Source of the DNA: Negativicutes bacterium
Lineage (GTDB): Bacteria > Bacillota > Negativicutes > UBA1444
Assembly: GCA_963665275.2 (NCBI GenBank)
Contig: CAXXIN010000003.1
Span: forward strand, 1-64,000
Direction of reading: 5' to 3'
DNA length: 64,000 bases
Below are positions 8,694-18,895 of this stretch, piece after piece. Both the position numbers and the translations under genes were made by a program. The notes under the pieces were generated by a model that did not search any database, had not been told where the DNA came from, and worked only from the letters and a program-made list of their open reading frames with translations. How positions within the stretch are numbered: position 1 is the stretch's first letter; each line of letters begins with the position of its first letter.

Positions 8694-11510
8694 ATGGACT
8701 CTAACGCCGAAGTCCCCAAAATAGCTAGGCTTGAAGCTGAAGCCGTTCTCTCCTTGTTGGAAACAAGCCGTCATGGTCTTGACACTCAAGAGGCGGAAAA
8801 ACGGCTGCGCACCTTCGGGAAGAACCAACTGCCCAAAGCCGCGACCCTTTCACTGTGGCGTCTACTATTTCAGCAATTTACCCATCTCATGGCGCTGCTT
8901 CTGTGGGTCGCCGGACTTTTGGCTTTTTCGGTGGACATGCCGGAACTGGGCTGGGCCACCTGGTTTGTTATTCTTGTAAATGCGTTTTTCAGCTTCTGGC
9001 AGGAATATCGCGCTGACAGGGCTTTGATGGCCTTATCATCCATGTTGCCGCAACAGGCAAAAGTATATCGCGATGGACGGCTCTTAAAGGTGCGCTCAGA
9101 AGAAATCGTTGCCGGTGACATTCTGGTTGTGGAGGCTGGCGATCATATCTCTGCCGATGCCAGACTAGTCGAGTCTGAAGATCTCATGGTGGATTTGTCG
9201 CTGCTCACCGGCGAATCGATGCCCGTAGAATGTGACGCCTCCCCCTCACCGGTTGCGGGTGATTCCGGAAGCCGCCCGCGGAACCTGCTGTTCGCCGGAA
9301 CCTCGGCAACCGCCGGGCGCGGAATTGCAGTTGTGCACGCCACCGGCAAAGAAACGCAGTTGGGGGAAATCACTAAATTCACCGCCGGAGTGCTGCGCCA
9401 AAAGAGCTCTTTGGAACTGCAAGTGCAGAAAATCGTTCGTCTTATCACACTGCTTGCCTTATCCATGGGCGGGCTTGTTTTTTTATTGGCGGTTTGGTGG
9501 TTGGACATCGACCTGCGCACAAGTTTCATCTTTTGTATTGGAATTATCGTCGCCAACGTTCCCGAAGGGTTACTGCCCACAGTCAGCCTGTCTCTGGCGG
9601 TAGGCGTACGACGAATGGCTCAGGAAAAAGCACTGGTCCGAAAACTGTCTGCGATTGAGGCATTATGTGCCACCAGTGTGATCTGCACTGATAAAACAGG
9701 AACAATCACGAAGAACGAGGTAACCGTCAGTCGGATCTGGGTACCTGACTGCGAAGTGGAGATTTCCGGAACCGGCTATGAAAAGGCCGGAATGCTGACA
9801 TTCCCCTGCCGCGACATAGAAAAACAAGTCGAGCTGCTGCTGGTGATAGGGACGGTCTGTTCTGAAGCCGATCTCGAAACGGATGAAAAAAACGATAAAA
9901 ACTGGAGGATTATTGGGGATCCTACAGAAGGCGCCCTATTAGTTGCTGCAGCCAAAAACGGCCAAAATATCGACAACGTCCGGAACGCCTTTTCCAGTCA
10001 GAAGACCCGTCAATTCGACTCTGTACGCAGAATGATGAGCACCTATGCCGTCAACGACCATAGCCTGTTATTCCGGCAAGATGCGGAGGTGGTGCTTGTT
10101 AAAGGAGCACCCATCGAAACCTTGCATTGTTGCCGTTTTATCAGGCGGGCAAACGAAATCACGGAAATAACGGAAACAGAACGTCAACACGTGATTGCAG
10201 TTAATGACCGATTATCCAGCCAAGGGCATCGAGTCCTCGCCCTAGCCTATGGCGAAGGTCATTTGGCTTCTCAGTCAGGCGAGCACGACCTGGTATTCAC
10301 AGGCTTGGCGGCCATGATGGACCCGCCTCGCCCGGAGGTTGCTGCGGCAATTAAAAGCTGCCAGCAGGCCGGCATCCGGGTGACCATGATCACAGGCGAC
10401 TACGGAATAACAGCTGAGGCAATCGGACGACAGATTGGACTAATCACCGACAAAGTTACCATTGTAACTGGAACTGAGCTTGAGAGTATGGAACTTGAAG
10501 CGATAAAAATTTTATTGCAACAAGATCAACCCATTATTTTTTCCCGGTCCACACCGGAGCACAAACTAAAAATAGTAGAGGCTTACCAAGCCGGCGGACA
10601 TATTGTGGCTGTCACCGGCGACGGAGTAAACGATGCCCCGGCTTTAAGAACGGCTGACATAGGAATCGCCATGGGCCGGAGCGGCACCGATGTGGCCCGT
10701 GAAGTCGCCGATATCGTCTTGTTGGATGACAACTTTGCCACGATCGTGAAAGCCATTGAACAGGGCAGGGCCATTTATGATAATATCCGCAAGTTCATGA
10801 CCTATATTCTGGCATCGAACATTCCTGAAATCGTCCCGTTTATTGCAATGATTTTGTTCAAAATTCCACCGGCGTTAACCATATTGCAGATACTGGCAAT
10901 TGATATTGGCACAGATATGGTTCCGGCTCTGGCCTTGGGCGCAGAGCCGCCGGAGAAGGATATTTTGCGCCACAGACCCGTCCACTATTCCCGCAACTTG
11001 CTTGACCATACGCTTTTGCTGCGCTCTTACGGGTTTCTCGGCATAATCGAGGCAACCTTGTCCATGGGCGCCTTCCTGATCGTTTGGGCCAATTATGGTT
11101 ATTCCCTAGCGGATATCCAGCAACTTACGCCACAACTTTTCACCGGCACTGCGTCGAGTTCCGTGCAAGAAGCATATCGGCATGCGACAACGCAGGCGAT
11201 GACCGCCATCATTGCCTGTCAGATTGGAAATATCTTTGTATGCCGCTCGGAGCATCTGCCGTTCTGGCAATTGTCCCTGAAAAGCAATTATTTAATCTGG
11301 GTGGGAATAGGCACAGAACTGCTGATAACAGGGGCGTTGATCTATCTCCCGCTTGGCACCGCAATTTTTTTTACCCGGCCATTGAGTCTGTCAGATTTTT
11401 TGGTACTAGCCGCATGCCCAATAATTCTGATTAGCCTGGAGGAAACACGCAGGCAATTTATCCAACGGTTTTGGAAAACACCAATGGCGCACCGGACAAC
11501 CCCTATCTAA
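8694..11510 (+). CDS. Cation-transporting P-type ATPase, type II (IIC Na/K-like motifs)
   Basis: TGES, IGIIVANVPEGLL, DKTGT, KGAP, TGD, GDGVND, SNIPEI, IDIGTD. Confidence 0.95.
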   Translation: MDSNAEVPKIARLEAEAVLSLLETSRHGLDTQEAEKRLRTFGKNQLPKAATLSLWRLLFQQFTHLMALLLWVAGLLAFSVDMPELGWATWFVILVNAFFSFWQEYRADRALMALSSMLPQQAKVYRDGRLLKVRSEEIVAGDILVVEAGDHISADARLVESEDLMVDLSLLTGESMPVECDASPSPVAGDSGSRPRNLLFAGTSATAGRGIAVVHATGKETQLGEITKFTAGVLRQKSSLELQVQKIVRLITLLALSMGGLVFLLAVWWLDIDLRTSFIFCIGIIVANVPEGLLPTVSLSLAVGVRRMAQEKALVRKLSAIEALCATSVICTDKTGTITKNEVTVSRIWVPDCEVEISGTGYEKAGMLTFPCRDIEKQVELLLVIGTVCSEADLETDEKNDKNWRIIGDPTEGALLVAAAKNGQNIDNVRNAFSSQKTRQFDSVRRMMSTYAVNDHSLLFRQDAEVVLVKGAPIETLHCCRFIRRANEITEITETERQHVIAVNDRLSSQGHRVLALAYGEGHLASQSGEHDLVFTGLAAMMDPPRPEVAAAIKSCQQAGIRVTMITGDYGITAEAIGRQIGLITDKVTIVTGTELESMELEAIKILLQQDQPIIFSRSTPEHKLKIVEAYQAGGHIVAVTGDGVNDAPALRTADIGIAMGRSGTDVAREVADIVLLDDNFATIVKAIEQGRAIYDNIRKFMTYILASNIPEIVPFIAMILFKIPPALTILQILAIDIGTDMVPALALGAEPPEKDILRHRPVHYSRNLLDHTLLLRSYGFLGIIEATLSMGAFLIVWANYGYSLADIQQLTPQLFTGTASSSVQEAYRHATTQAMTAIIACQIGNIFVCRSEHLPFWQLSLKSNYLIWVGIGTELLITGALIYLPLGTAIFFTRPLSLSDFLVLAACPIILISLEETRRQFIQRFWKTPMAHRTTPI

Positions 11511-11513
11511 TCA

Positions 11514-14000
11514 TTAACGCTTGTCGTCCTCATCGTCCTTTGAATTTTTAGTGTTATTTTCTTTATTTCCAGATCCGTTCTTATCATTCGTGTAGGCTGC
11601 ATGGTAGGCCCGAAGCTTGGCGATAACTAGTCCATGTACTGATTTCGGCGTATAGTCTCCTTTTGAATTCATTTTTCCTGCAACGACTCCCGTCAGGATC
11701 TCAATCCCCTCATCCACGCAGGATACGGGATAAATATGAAAACGACCCTCTCCCACGGCGGCAATAACTTCATCATTCAAGGCCAGATCACTCACATTCT
11801 GCTGCGGAATCATGACTCCCTGCCGCCCTGTGAGTCCTTTTATTTTGCATACCTCGAAAAACCCTTCGATCTTCTCGGTGACGCCGCCGATGGGCTGAAT
11901 CTCTCCTTTCTGATTTATGGAGCCGGTAACCGCGATATCCTGCCTGAGCGGCAAAAGAGTCAGACTCGACAAAATAGCATACAATTCGGTACTGGAGGCG
12001 CTGTCCCCATCCACTTCCTCATACATCTGCTCGAATGTCAGACTGGCGCTTAGAGACAGGGGTGTCTTTTGTGCATATTTGCTCCCCAGGTAGGCGCTGA
12101 GGATCATCACGCCTTTATTATGGATAGCGCCGCTCAGTTTTGCTTCTCGTTCCACATTGATGATACCGGCGCGGCCCAGATAAGTGTTTGCTGTGATGCG
12201 GGACGGTTTTCCGAACGCGTATTCGCCGATCCCCATCACCGCAAGTCCGTTGACCTGTCCCACTGCGACTCCGTCCGTATCGATCAGATATTTTCCTTCC
12301 CGGAACATTTCCTGAATGATCTCTTCATACTTGTTCGCGCGGTATCGTTTGCCTTCGATCGCTTGCTGCACATGCTTTGCATCAACCATTGAAGCGCCGT
12401 CGATCGATGCCCACGAGTCCGCCTCACACAAGATCTCCACCATTTCATTGAAACGGGCGGTCAACTTGGCCTGAGTTCCACTGAGCCGGGTAGCGTGCTC
12501 CAGTATCCGTGCGACAGCCGCACGGCTGAATTCTCTGAGGGTTTCCTTCTTGATGATCGCACTGGCAAAGGCGGCCATTTTATTTCTGTTCTCCGGCGTG
12601 TTATCCATCTGAACGTCAAAATCAGCATGGATCTTGAAAAGTTTTCGAAAATCGCTGTCATATTGATACAACAAGTGGTAGATGTAGGTACTGCCCAACA
12701 GAAGCACTTTCACATCGACCGGGATAAATTCCGGCTTTACGGAAGCCATGGCAATCAACCCGTATTGTTCGCCCAAGCTCTCGATATAGAGCTTTTTGGT
12801 TTTCAAAACCCGTTTCATGGCTTCCCATACTCCAGGGTTGGTCAATACATCGAGTGCGTTGAGGATGAGATACCCGCCGTTGGCCAAATGAAAGGCCCCG
12901 GCCTTAATCATCGTGAAATCCGTGCTTACCACCCCCATGCGGCTGGCATATTCCACCCTGCCGTTGAGGTTGTAATAGTTGGGATTGATCTCGATGATGA
13001 CCGGAGCCCCTTCGCAATTACGGTTATCCACCAGCAGATTGACGCCGTATCGCTCCTTCATCGCTTCTTGCGCCGTTTTTTTAAACAGCGCCAGCGGCCC
13101 GTCCTCTTCACTGGAGGCAGGCTGTTTGAAGTCATTGATGCTTTTTACTACGCTCTCTCTGACTGCTTCCAGATACTTGCGCACATCCTGATTATCCTGG
13201 TATTTTTCCTGCAATTCTTCCATAAGGTGTCCGACCACAAACAGCCCCACCTTGCCGTCGAGTTCACGCACCTTGTCTCGGGTTTCCCGTTCCAGATGTT
13301 GAATTTTCCGTACTACATCCATTGCCAGATCATGTACCTTCTGCATATTGGCTTCAATTTTATCTTTTTGCTCTTGCTCCAGTTTTTCGAATTCATCCGG
13401 AGAAATCGGGTTGCCGTCCAATAGAGGCAGCGCCATAAACCCGGTGGGAGACCACTGGGGAAGCACCGAAAGCTCTGCCGCCTGTTCATTGAGGAACTGG
13501 AGAACTTCGCCCCGTTTCCCCTGAAATTCTTTCATAATGGTGGCTTTTTCCCGTTCATAATCTTCGCTGCTGAACGCTTTTGGCACATCATTCTGCAGGT
13601 TTTCCAGCAGCTCTTCCATTTCCTGACGGAAAACAGCACCTGTGCCTGTCGGCAGTCGAATCGCCACAGGGTGGCTAGCATCTTCAAAATTGTTCGCATA
13701 ACACCAGTCCGAGGGTGCTTGCTGTCCCTTGGCCAGCTTACGAACCGCCTGTTCGGCGTAAGTGAATTTCCCTGTCCCCGATGTCCCGGAGATAAAAATA
13801 TTATATCCCGGGCTCTTGGTGTGCAACCCAAATTCAACGGCCTTGACCGCACGGTCCTGCCCAATCATGCCTTCAAGCGGCGCTACCGTGGAGGTCGTTT
13901 CAAAATCAAGACAGTCGTTATCACAATAAAATCGAAGCTGTTTCACATTCAGTTCCGTTACCGGCAAAAGCTTTTGGTGTGTCCCATCAGGCTTTTCCAT
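11514..14000 (-). CDS. LonC-type Lon-like protease
   Basis: IGQDRA, GTSGTGK, long coiled-coil insert, ANGGYLIL, Ser-Lys dyad DGDSAS...EKIEGF. Confidence 0.9.
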   Translation of the reverse strand: MEKPDGTHQKLLPVTELNVKQLRFYCDNDCLDFETTSTVAPLEGMIGQDRAVKAVEFGLHTKSPGYNIFISGTSGTGKFTYAEQAVRKLAKGQQAPSDWCYANNFEDASHPVAIRLPTGTGAVFRQEMEELLENLQNDVPKAFSSEDYEREKATIMKEFQGKRGEVLQFLNEQAAELSVLPQWSPTGFMALPLLDGNPISPDEFEKLEQEQKDKIEANMQKVHDLAMDVVRKIQHLERETRDKVRELDGKVGLFVVGHLMEELQEKYQDNQDVRKYLEAVRESVVKSINDFKQPASSEEDGPLALFKKTAQEAMKERYGVNLLVDNRNCEGAPVIIEINPNYYNLNGRVEYASRMGVVSTDFTMIKAGAFHLANGGYLILNALDVLTNPGVWEAMKRVLKTKKLYIESLGEQYGLIAMASVKPEFIPVDVKVLLLGSTYIYHLLYQYDSDFRKLFKIHADFDVQMDNTPENRNKMAAFASAIIKKETLREFSRAAVARILEHATRLSGTQAKLTARFNEMVEILCEADSWASIDGASMVDAKHVQQAIEGKRYRANKYEEIIQEMFREGKYLIDTDGVAVGQVNGLAVMGIGEYAFGKPSRITANTYLGRAGIINVEREAKLSGAIHNKGVMILSAYLGSKYAQKTPLSLSASLTFEQMYEEVDGDSASSTELYAILSSLTLLPLRQDIAVTGSINQKGEIQPIGGVTEKIEGFFEVCKIKGLTGRQGVMIPQQNVSDLALNDEVIAAVGEGRFHIYPVSCVDEGIEILTGVVAGKMNSKGDYTPKSVHGLVIAKLRAYHAAYTNDKNGSGNKENNTKNSKDDEDDKR

Positions 14001-14072
14001 GGTACTTCACCCCCTGCATTTATCACAAACAAGCTGCCGACAAACGCTGTGACGCGAACGGGTCCCGCTCCA

Positions 14073-14288
14073 TTACCGCCGGGATTGGATTTCTTGCACT
14101 GTCAGGACATCGACGAACAAGCCCAACAGCTCATCTTCCGCCTTGCAACTCTGCTTATAATACCAGTCGCGGACTGCTTTATCGATTTCCGCATCGCTTC
14201 CCGTCGCCTTGAACGGATATACTTCAATCAGTTTTCGTGTCTCCTTGTCTCTCAGGCCAATCATTTCTGCACTGTCAAGTTTACCCAT
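14073..14288 (-). CDS. Small hypothetical protein upstream of the Lon-like gene
   Basis: RBS GGAGGG, 71 aa, co-oriented with neighbours. Confidence 0.7.
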   Translation of the reverse strand: MGKLDSAEMIGLRDKETRKLIEVYPFKATGSDAEIDKAVRDWYYKQSCKAEDELLGLFVDVLTVQEIQSRR

Positions 14289-14360
14289 TTCAGAACCCCT
14301 CCATTCATTAATTACACATTGACAAAGTTGATCGATTCTCCATGACGATTTTACTTGTTG

Positions 14361-15476
14361 TTACGATAAGCTTATACCAATCAGGCGGCCAATGGAATAA
14401 GTTGTCGCTGCTGCCAATAAGCCAAATAGCACCTGCCGCATCCCTGAATATAGAACGGGCCGCCCGGTAAACAAAGTGGTTACCCCGCCGACCAAAAATA
14501 GTCCTATCGCGCTGATGCCGGCACTTGTAAGGACTGCGGCTTGACCTGTCAGTACAAAGAATGGTATGACGGGAATGACTGCTCCTACGGCAAACAGCAA
14601 GAATGACGTGATGGCAGCTTCCCACGCCGAGCCTCCCAACTCCTCCGGGTCGATTCCCAGCTCATCCCGCGCCAGAGTATCCAGGGCAGTCTCCGGATTG
14701 CCGAGAAGCTTAGTTGCCAGCGGGCGGGCCAGTTCTTCGCTCAGTCCACGCGACTGATAAATCAGAATGAGCTCCTCGATTTCTTCCTCCGGATCATTTT
14801 CGATCTCTTCTCTTTCCGTCTGGATTTGCCGTTCATACAATTCCCGAGAGCTCTGCACCGAAATCCATTCGCCTAATGCCATACTGATGGCGCCTGCAAG
14901 CAGACCGGCGAGTCCGGTGAGCAAAATATTGCTTGATGCAACTTCGGCTCCTGCCACCCCCATAACGAGGTTGAAGTTCGACACCAAACCGTCGCTGGCC
15001 CCTAAGACTGCCGCCCGGAGCGCATTGCCGCCTGCCGAACGATGGCGGCCTTCCAGTTTCGCCAAGACTGATCCCTCAATCCCAGCACCATCCTGAGATC
15101 TATTGAGCTGTTGCAGGAGGATCGCATGGGATTGCTCAGCTCTCAGCATTCCAGCGGCTTCTGGTTGTGTGGCATAATCGTGGGAAGTTTCTTTTTCGAA
15201 TGATACCAAACTTGGTAAAACAAAATCGACACCAAAGCGTTTCGTCAACCAAATCAAAGCTTTGGTACGGAAAGATATCCGATTCGTCGGTATGTTGCCG
15301 CCGCTTTCAAGAATCTTCTTCTCCCATGATCGTGCATGCTTTGCTTCTGTTGCTGATAGTCGGCTATATACTTCGGAAATTATCGGATTTGCTTCCTGTT
15401 TGGACAGTTCTTTGTATAGTGCGGCACTATCCCGCTCATCAAGCAAATTCTCCGTATATCTTTTGATGGAACTCAT
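14361..15476 (-). CDS. Ferritin/rubrerythrin-like N-domain fused to VIT1/CCC1 transporter
   Basis: N-terminal ERDSAALY..EAKHA and EQSHA carboxylate/His motifs; LRAAVLGASDGLVSN and AGAISMALGE VIT1 motifs. Confidence 0.9.
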   Translation of the reverse strand: MSSIKRYTENLLDERDSAALYKELSKQEANPIISEVYSRLSATEAKHARSWEKKILESGGNIPTNRISFRTKALIWLTKRFGVDFVLPSLVSFEKETSHDYATQPEAAGMLRAEQSHAILLQQLNRSQDGAGIEGSVLAKLEGRHRSAGGNALRAAVLGASDGLVSNFNLVMGVAGAEVASSNILLTGLAGLLAGAISMALGEWISVQSSRELYERQIQTEREEIENDPEEEIEELILIYQSRGLSEELARPLATKLLGNPETALDTLARDELGIDPEELGGSAWEAAITSFLLFAVGAVIPVIPFFVLTGQAAVLTSAGISAIGLFLVGGVTTLFTGRPVLYSGMRQVLFGLLAAATTYSIGRLIGISLS

Positions 15477-15706
15477 TTGAATCGCATCCCCGTTTCTTAC
15501 TTCAATGTTTATGTTTCTGCAATTTGGCGAATCAAAGCAATTCACCCAGTGAATTTTGTGCTGTCTGCAATCATTGCCACGACGAAGTTTTGAGTGTGGC
15601 CAGCTAGTTTATGTCTTATGCAAGACTTCCACCTTCGCTTTATTTTTCCTGCTCCTCTTCATTTTGGGGTTGGAAACCATCCAGCCGGCAACCGGATTTT
15701 GCTTCA

Positions 15707-15742
15707 CAAAAAAACAAGCCATCCCAAAAGGGATGGCTTGTT
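15707..15742 (-). terminator. Intrinsic terminator of the zinc-ribbon gene
   Basis: ACAAGCCATCCC-aaaa-GGGATGGCTTGT with U-run on the minus strand. Confidence 0.8.
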
Positions 15743-15812
15743 GTGTTCAGCGGATGGATTAACGGAGCCTGCGTCCGCGACGTGCCTCGCTGGGTTAAGA
15801 CTGATCGGCTTT

Positions 15813-16115
15813 TTAGCCGCGAGTCTTCTGGAAGCAGTCCCGGCAATAAACCGGACGGTCGCTACGCGGGGCAAAAGGAACTTGGGTTTCTACGCCGCAC
15901 TCAGCGCAAACTGCCGGGTACATCTGGCGCTCGCCGCCTTGGCCTTGGTTTCTGCCTCCGCCGAAGTTACCGCTCTGTTTACGGGCAGCGCGGCAGCTGG
16001 GGCAACGGCCTGGTTCGTTTTGGAATCCTTTTTCAGCATAGAATTCCTGTTCACGCGCGGTGAAATCGAAATCAGCGCCGCAATCTCTACATTTCATAAC
16101 TTTGTCTTCAAACAT
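15813..16115 (-). CDS. Zinc-ribbon protein with CxxC-x17-CxxC domain
   Basis: MFEDKVMKCRDCG..FTAREQEFYAEKGF..PGRCPSCR, Gly-rich linker, CAECG..VPF.P...RPVYCRDC; RBS AGGAGG. Confidence 0.92.
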   Translation of the reverse strand: MFEDKVMKCRDCGADFDFTAREQEFYAEKGFQNEPGRCPSCRAARKQSGNFGGGRNQGQGGERQMYPAVCAECGVETQVPFAPRSDRPVYCRDCFQKTRG

Positions 16116-16268
16116 GGATTTTCCTCCTCTGTCTTCCTGCTCAGCGGACTCGGGACAGCGTGGCTTTTCGACCTCTCCGGCAGGCATACTAGAAGAGGAG
16201 AATGGGCACGGGTCGCGGGAACTGATAATTGCAGGTGGCGTATCAAACTATTCTTATACGCACTGTTA

Positions 16269-16297
16269 ACTCTAACAGAATATATTCGATCCGTCAA
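16269..16297 (-). promoter_or_regulatory. Sigma-A promoter of the zinc-ribbon gene (~150 nt leader)
   Basis: TTGACG-N17-TAGAGT with extended -10 TG. Confidence 0.6.
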
Positions 16298-16386
16298 ATG
16301 ATTCGTAAATAATTTTTTCTATGGCATTATCCGCTGGGATGAAAGAGACTAACAAATAAACGGGGTTTCTATGCTAAAATAGTCGT

Positions 16387-17280
16387 ATGTTTCGTAGAGA
16401 TCGTATTGGCCTCGAATTGATGTTGTTGATGGTAGTTCTGATTTGGGCCGCCAATCAGACCATCGGCAAACTGGCAATGCGGGAAATATCGCCACAAGTT
16501 TACACCACGCTACGTTTTTTGCTGGCAGCGCCGTTGATGCTGCTGGTGCTGAAGTGGCGTGAGGGCGCAGTGGCGTTTGACCGTGTGCTTTTGCCGCGTC
16601 TGATTCTGATTGGCTTTATTGGTGTGTCTTTTTATCAGACTGTTTTTATCTCGGCATTGAAATACACTTCCGTTACCAATCTGGCGCTGATGATGGGAAT
16701 TTCTCCGCTTTTCACCGTGCTGCTTGGCGCTGCGACAGGGCAGGAAAAACTTCGCTCCGGGATCATCGGCGGTTGCCTCGTCGCATTTGGCGGCTTGGTG
16801 ATGGTACTTCGCTTTGGTCCGGTACAATCCGGCGCCGCAACAGCGACCCTAATCGGTGATGGTCTGGCGCTTGCTGCGAGTTTTCTCTGGGGATTGTATC
16901 CGGTCATTGTCATGCCGCTGCTCAAAAGACATTCGGGCTTGTGGATAACAGCCTGGTCGTCAGTGCCGGGAACAATAATATTGCTGTTTTTCAGCGGCTC
17001 AGAACTCCTGTCACTCCCGTGGCAATCCATCAGCAGCATGGCCTGGTTTGCTGTAGTGTTCGCAGCCATTCCGGTTACGGTGTTTTCACTGCTGGTCTGG
17101 TATTGGGGCGTCGAACGCATCGGCGCGAACCAGGTCATGGTCTATATGTACCTTGTTCCTCCTGCCAGCATCGCCATCGCCTATTTCGCCATCGGCGAAC
17201 AAGTTGGTTTCTGGCAGTTGGTCGGCGGTGCAGTCGCTATGATCGGACTGTTCTGGGTTAAGCGAACTGCAAGTCATTAA
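16387..17280 (+). CDS. DMT/EamA family transporter
   Basis: 10 TM in two EamA repeats (IWAAN, LRF, ISPLFT, EKL). Confidence 0.9.
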   Translation: MFRRDRIGLELMLLMVVLIWAANQTIGKLAMREISPQVYTTLRFLLAAPLMLLVLKWREGAVAFDRVLLPRLILIGFIGVSFYQTVFISALKYTSVTNLALMMGISPLFTVLLGAATGQEKLRSGIIGGCLVAFGGLVMVLRFGPVQSGAATATLIGDGLALAASFLWGLYPVIVMPLLKRHSGLWITAWSSVPGTIILLFFSGSELLSLPWQSISSMAWFAVVFAAIPVTVFSLLVWYWGVERIGANQVMVYMYLVPPASIAIAYFAIGEQVGFWQLVGGAVAMIGLFWVKRTASH

Positions 17281-18727
17281 CTCGAATGCAAAGCGCGGCG
17301 CAATCATCCCATTGGCCCGGCTCCTCGCAGATTTTCCAGAGGGTTTTCACGGTTTGTTCAAAATCGTTGAGCGGAATCGGCGGATGTTGCGGCAGTCTCT
17401 CCAGAATTCCATCGGTGGCAAAAACGACACAATCGCCGGCAGCAAAAGACTGTTTCACGGTATTGAATTCGGGATCCGGCACCAGACCAGCATAGCTGCC
17501 GGGAATCGAAACCGCACCGTCCGGCGCGCGAGAGAATAAAACCGTGGGTATCCCGCCGGATACCATGGTCAGTATCCCTGTGGCAAAATTCATTTCAAAA
17601 ATCAGCACGGCAACGAAGGCATCTTCATCCAAATATTGCAGAATTTTATCGTTCAGGCGTTGCAAGATGGCGACGCTACAAGGTTCATCATATTGGTCAC
17701 ACAAAATAAGGTTGACTGCGGTTGTGTGAAGCGCCGCCGTCAAGCCATGCCCCTGTATATCCGCCACATATCCACGCAACATTGAATCACCGATCCAGCG
17801 GTAGTGCAGGAAATCGCCGCCGGGAGCTTGCAACGGCTGATAGATTACAGCGATATCCGCTTTCGGATAGCTTCCTCCGTCTGGAAGCATCGATCGCTGA
17901 AGCACTCCAGCCTTGGCCATTTCTTTTTGCAGTCGGTTCCGTTCTATTTCTTGCGCCCTCATCAACGTTTCCAATTCATCGGTGCGTTCACGCAGCGCTT
18001 TTTCAGCTTTTTTCATCTCGGTGATATCCACTGTGAATCCAGCCATCAATGACGGTTTTCCAGGTCGAATAATTGGGAATTTAGTTGTTGTATAAGTTCG
18101 TCCGGCGAACTCTTCCACGACCTCGATCGGGACTCCATCGCGCAGAATTTTCTTGTCGTCCGCGATCATCTGCTGCGCCAGATCGGCAGGAAATAGCTCG
18201 TCCATCGTTTTCCCAATTATATCTTCCAGCGGCCGCCCCAGCAGGCTTTCGTAATTCTTGCTCAACTTGATAGCACGAATGTTCTCATCCTTAAAAAACA
18301 CATAAATCGGGCTATATTCCATAAACAGTCCGAAAATTTCTTCCTGGTGTTGCAGGGATTCTTCCGTCCGCAGGCGGTCGGAAATATCTCTGACGACAGC
18401 AATCACCCAGCTATTCTTGTCAAAAGACATTATTCGGGAGCTGACCTCAACAGGAAAAGCATCGCCGTCTTTACGGCGATGCACCGTTTGAAACAGGCCG
18501 CCCCGAGATAATTGCGCTTTTATTGCCTCCGACTCTTGATGGCTTGAGACCACCCATAAGCTCATCACTGGCAATGTCACAAATTCTGCCTGGGAATACC
18601 CATAGGCGGCCGTTGCCGCCACGTTCGCATACAAAACGTTGTTATCCCGATCCAAAACCAGGATAATCTCACGGGCGTGGCCGATAATTTCCTCATAGTA
18701 TTCGATGGGTTTCGACAATTCGCCCAA
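17258..18727 (-). CDS. PAS-PAS-SpoIIE (PP2C, RsbU-like) phosphatase
   Basis: Two PAS/PAC domains (HRRKDG..FPVEV..RDISDR; VDITEMK), coiled coil, PP2C motifs GGDF, ADIQGHG, TDG, DD. Confidence 0.9.
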   Translation of the reverse strand: MGELSKPIEYYEEIIGHAREIILVLDRDNNVLYANVAATAAYGYSQAEFVTLPVMSLWVVSSHQESEAIKAQLSRGGLFQTVHRRKDGDAFPVEVSSRIMSFDKNSWVIAVVRDISDRLRTEESLQHQEEIFGLFMEYSPIYVFFKDENIRAIKLSKNYESLLGRPLEDIIGKTMDELFPADLAQQMIADDKKILRDGVPIEVVEEFAGRTYTTTKFPIIRPGKPSLMAGFTVDITEMKKAEKALRERTDELETLMRAQEIERNRLQKEMAKAGVLQRSMLPDGGSYPKADIAVIYQPLQAPGGDFLHYRWIGDSMLRGYVADIQGHGLTAALHTTAVNLILCDQYDEPCSVAILQRLNDKILQYLDEDAFVAVLIFEMNFATGILTMVSGGIPTVLFSRAPDGAVSIPGSYAGLVPDPEFNTVKQSFAAGDCVVFATDGILERLPQHPPIPLNDFEQTVKTLWKICEEPGQWDDCAALCIRVNDLQFA

Positions 18728-18895
18728 AAACCAGCCCTCCTTCGTTGCAAGATGAAATCAAACGAACGAAAATGACGGCGCTGGGAATTATTTAATGATT
18801 ATTTTCGCTTTCGAAGCCAATTTTCCCTTTATTTATTCACTATTTTCATGTTTTTTTACTACTTCCTCGAAGTCACGCTTCCAACATCACAACCA

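Noticed and set aside
12495-13424. 309-aa plus-strand ORF (likewise 25285-26256)
   Set aside because: Antisense frames of well-supported genes; no motifs
15594-16301. 235-aa plus-strand ORF
   Set aside because: Antisense shadow of the zinc-ribbon gene, which has the RBS, promoter and motifs
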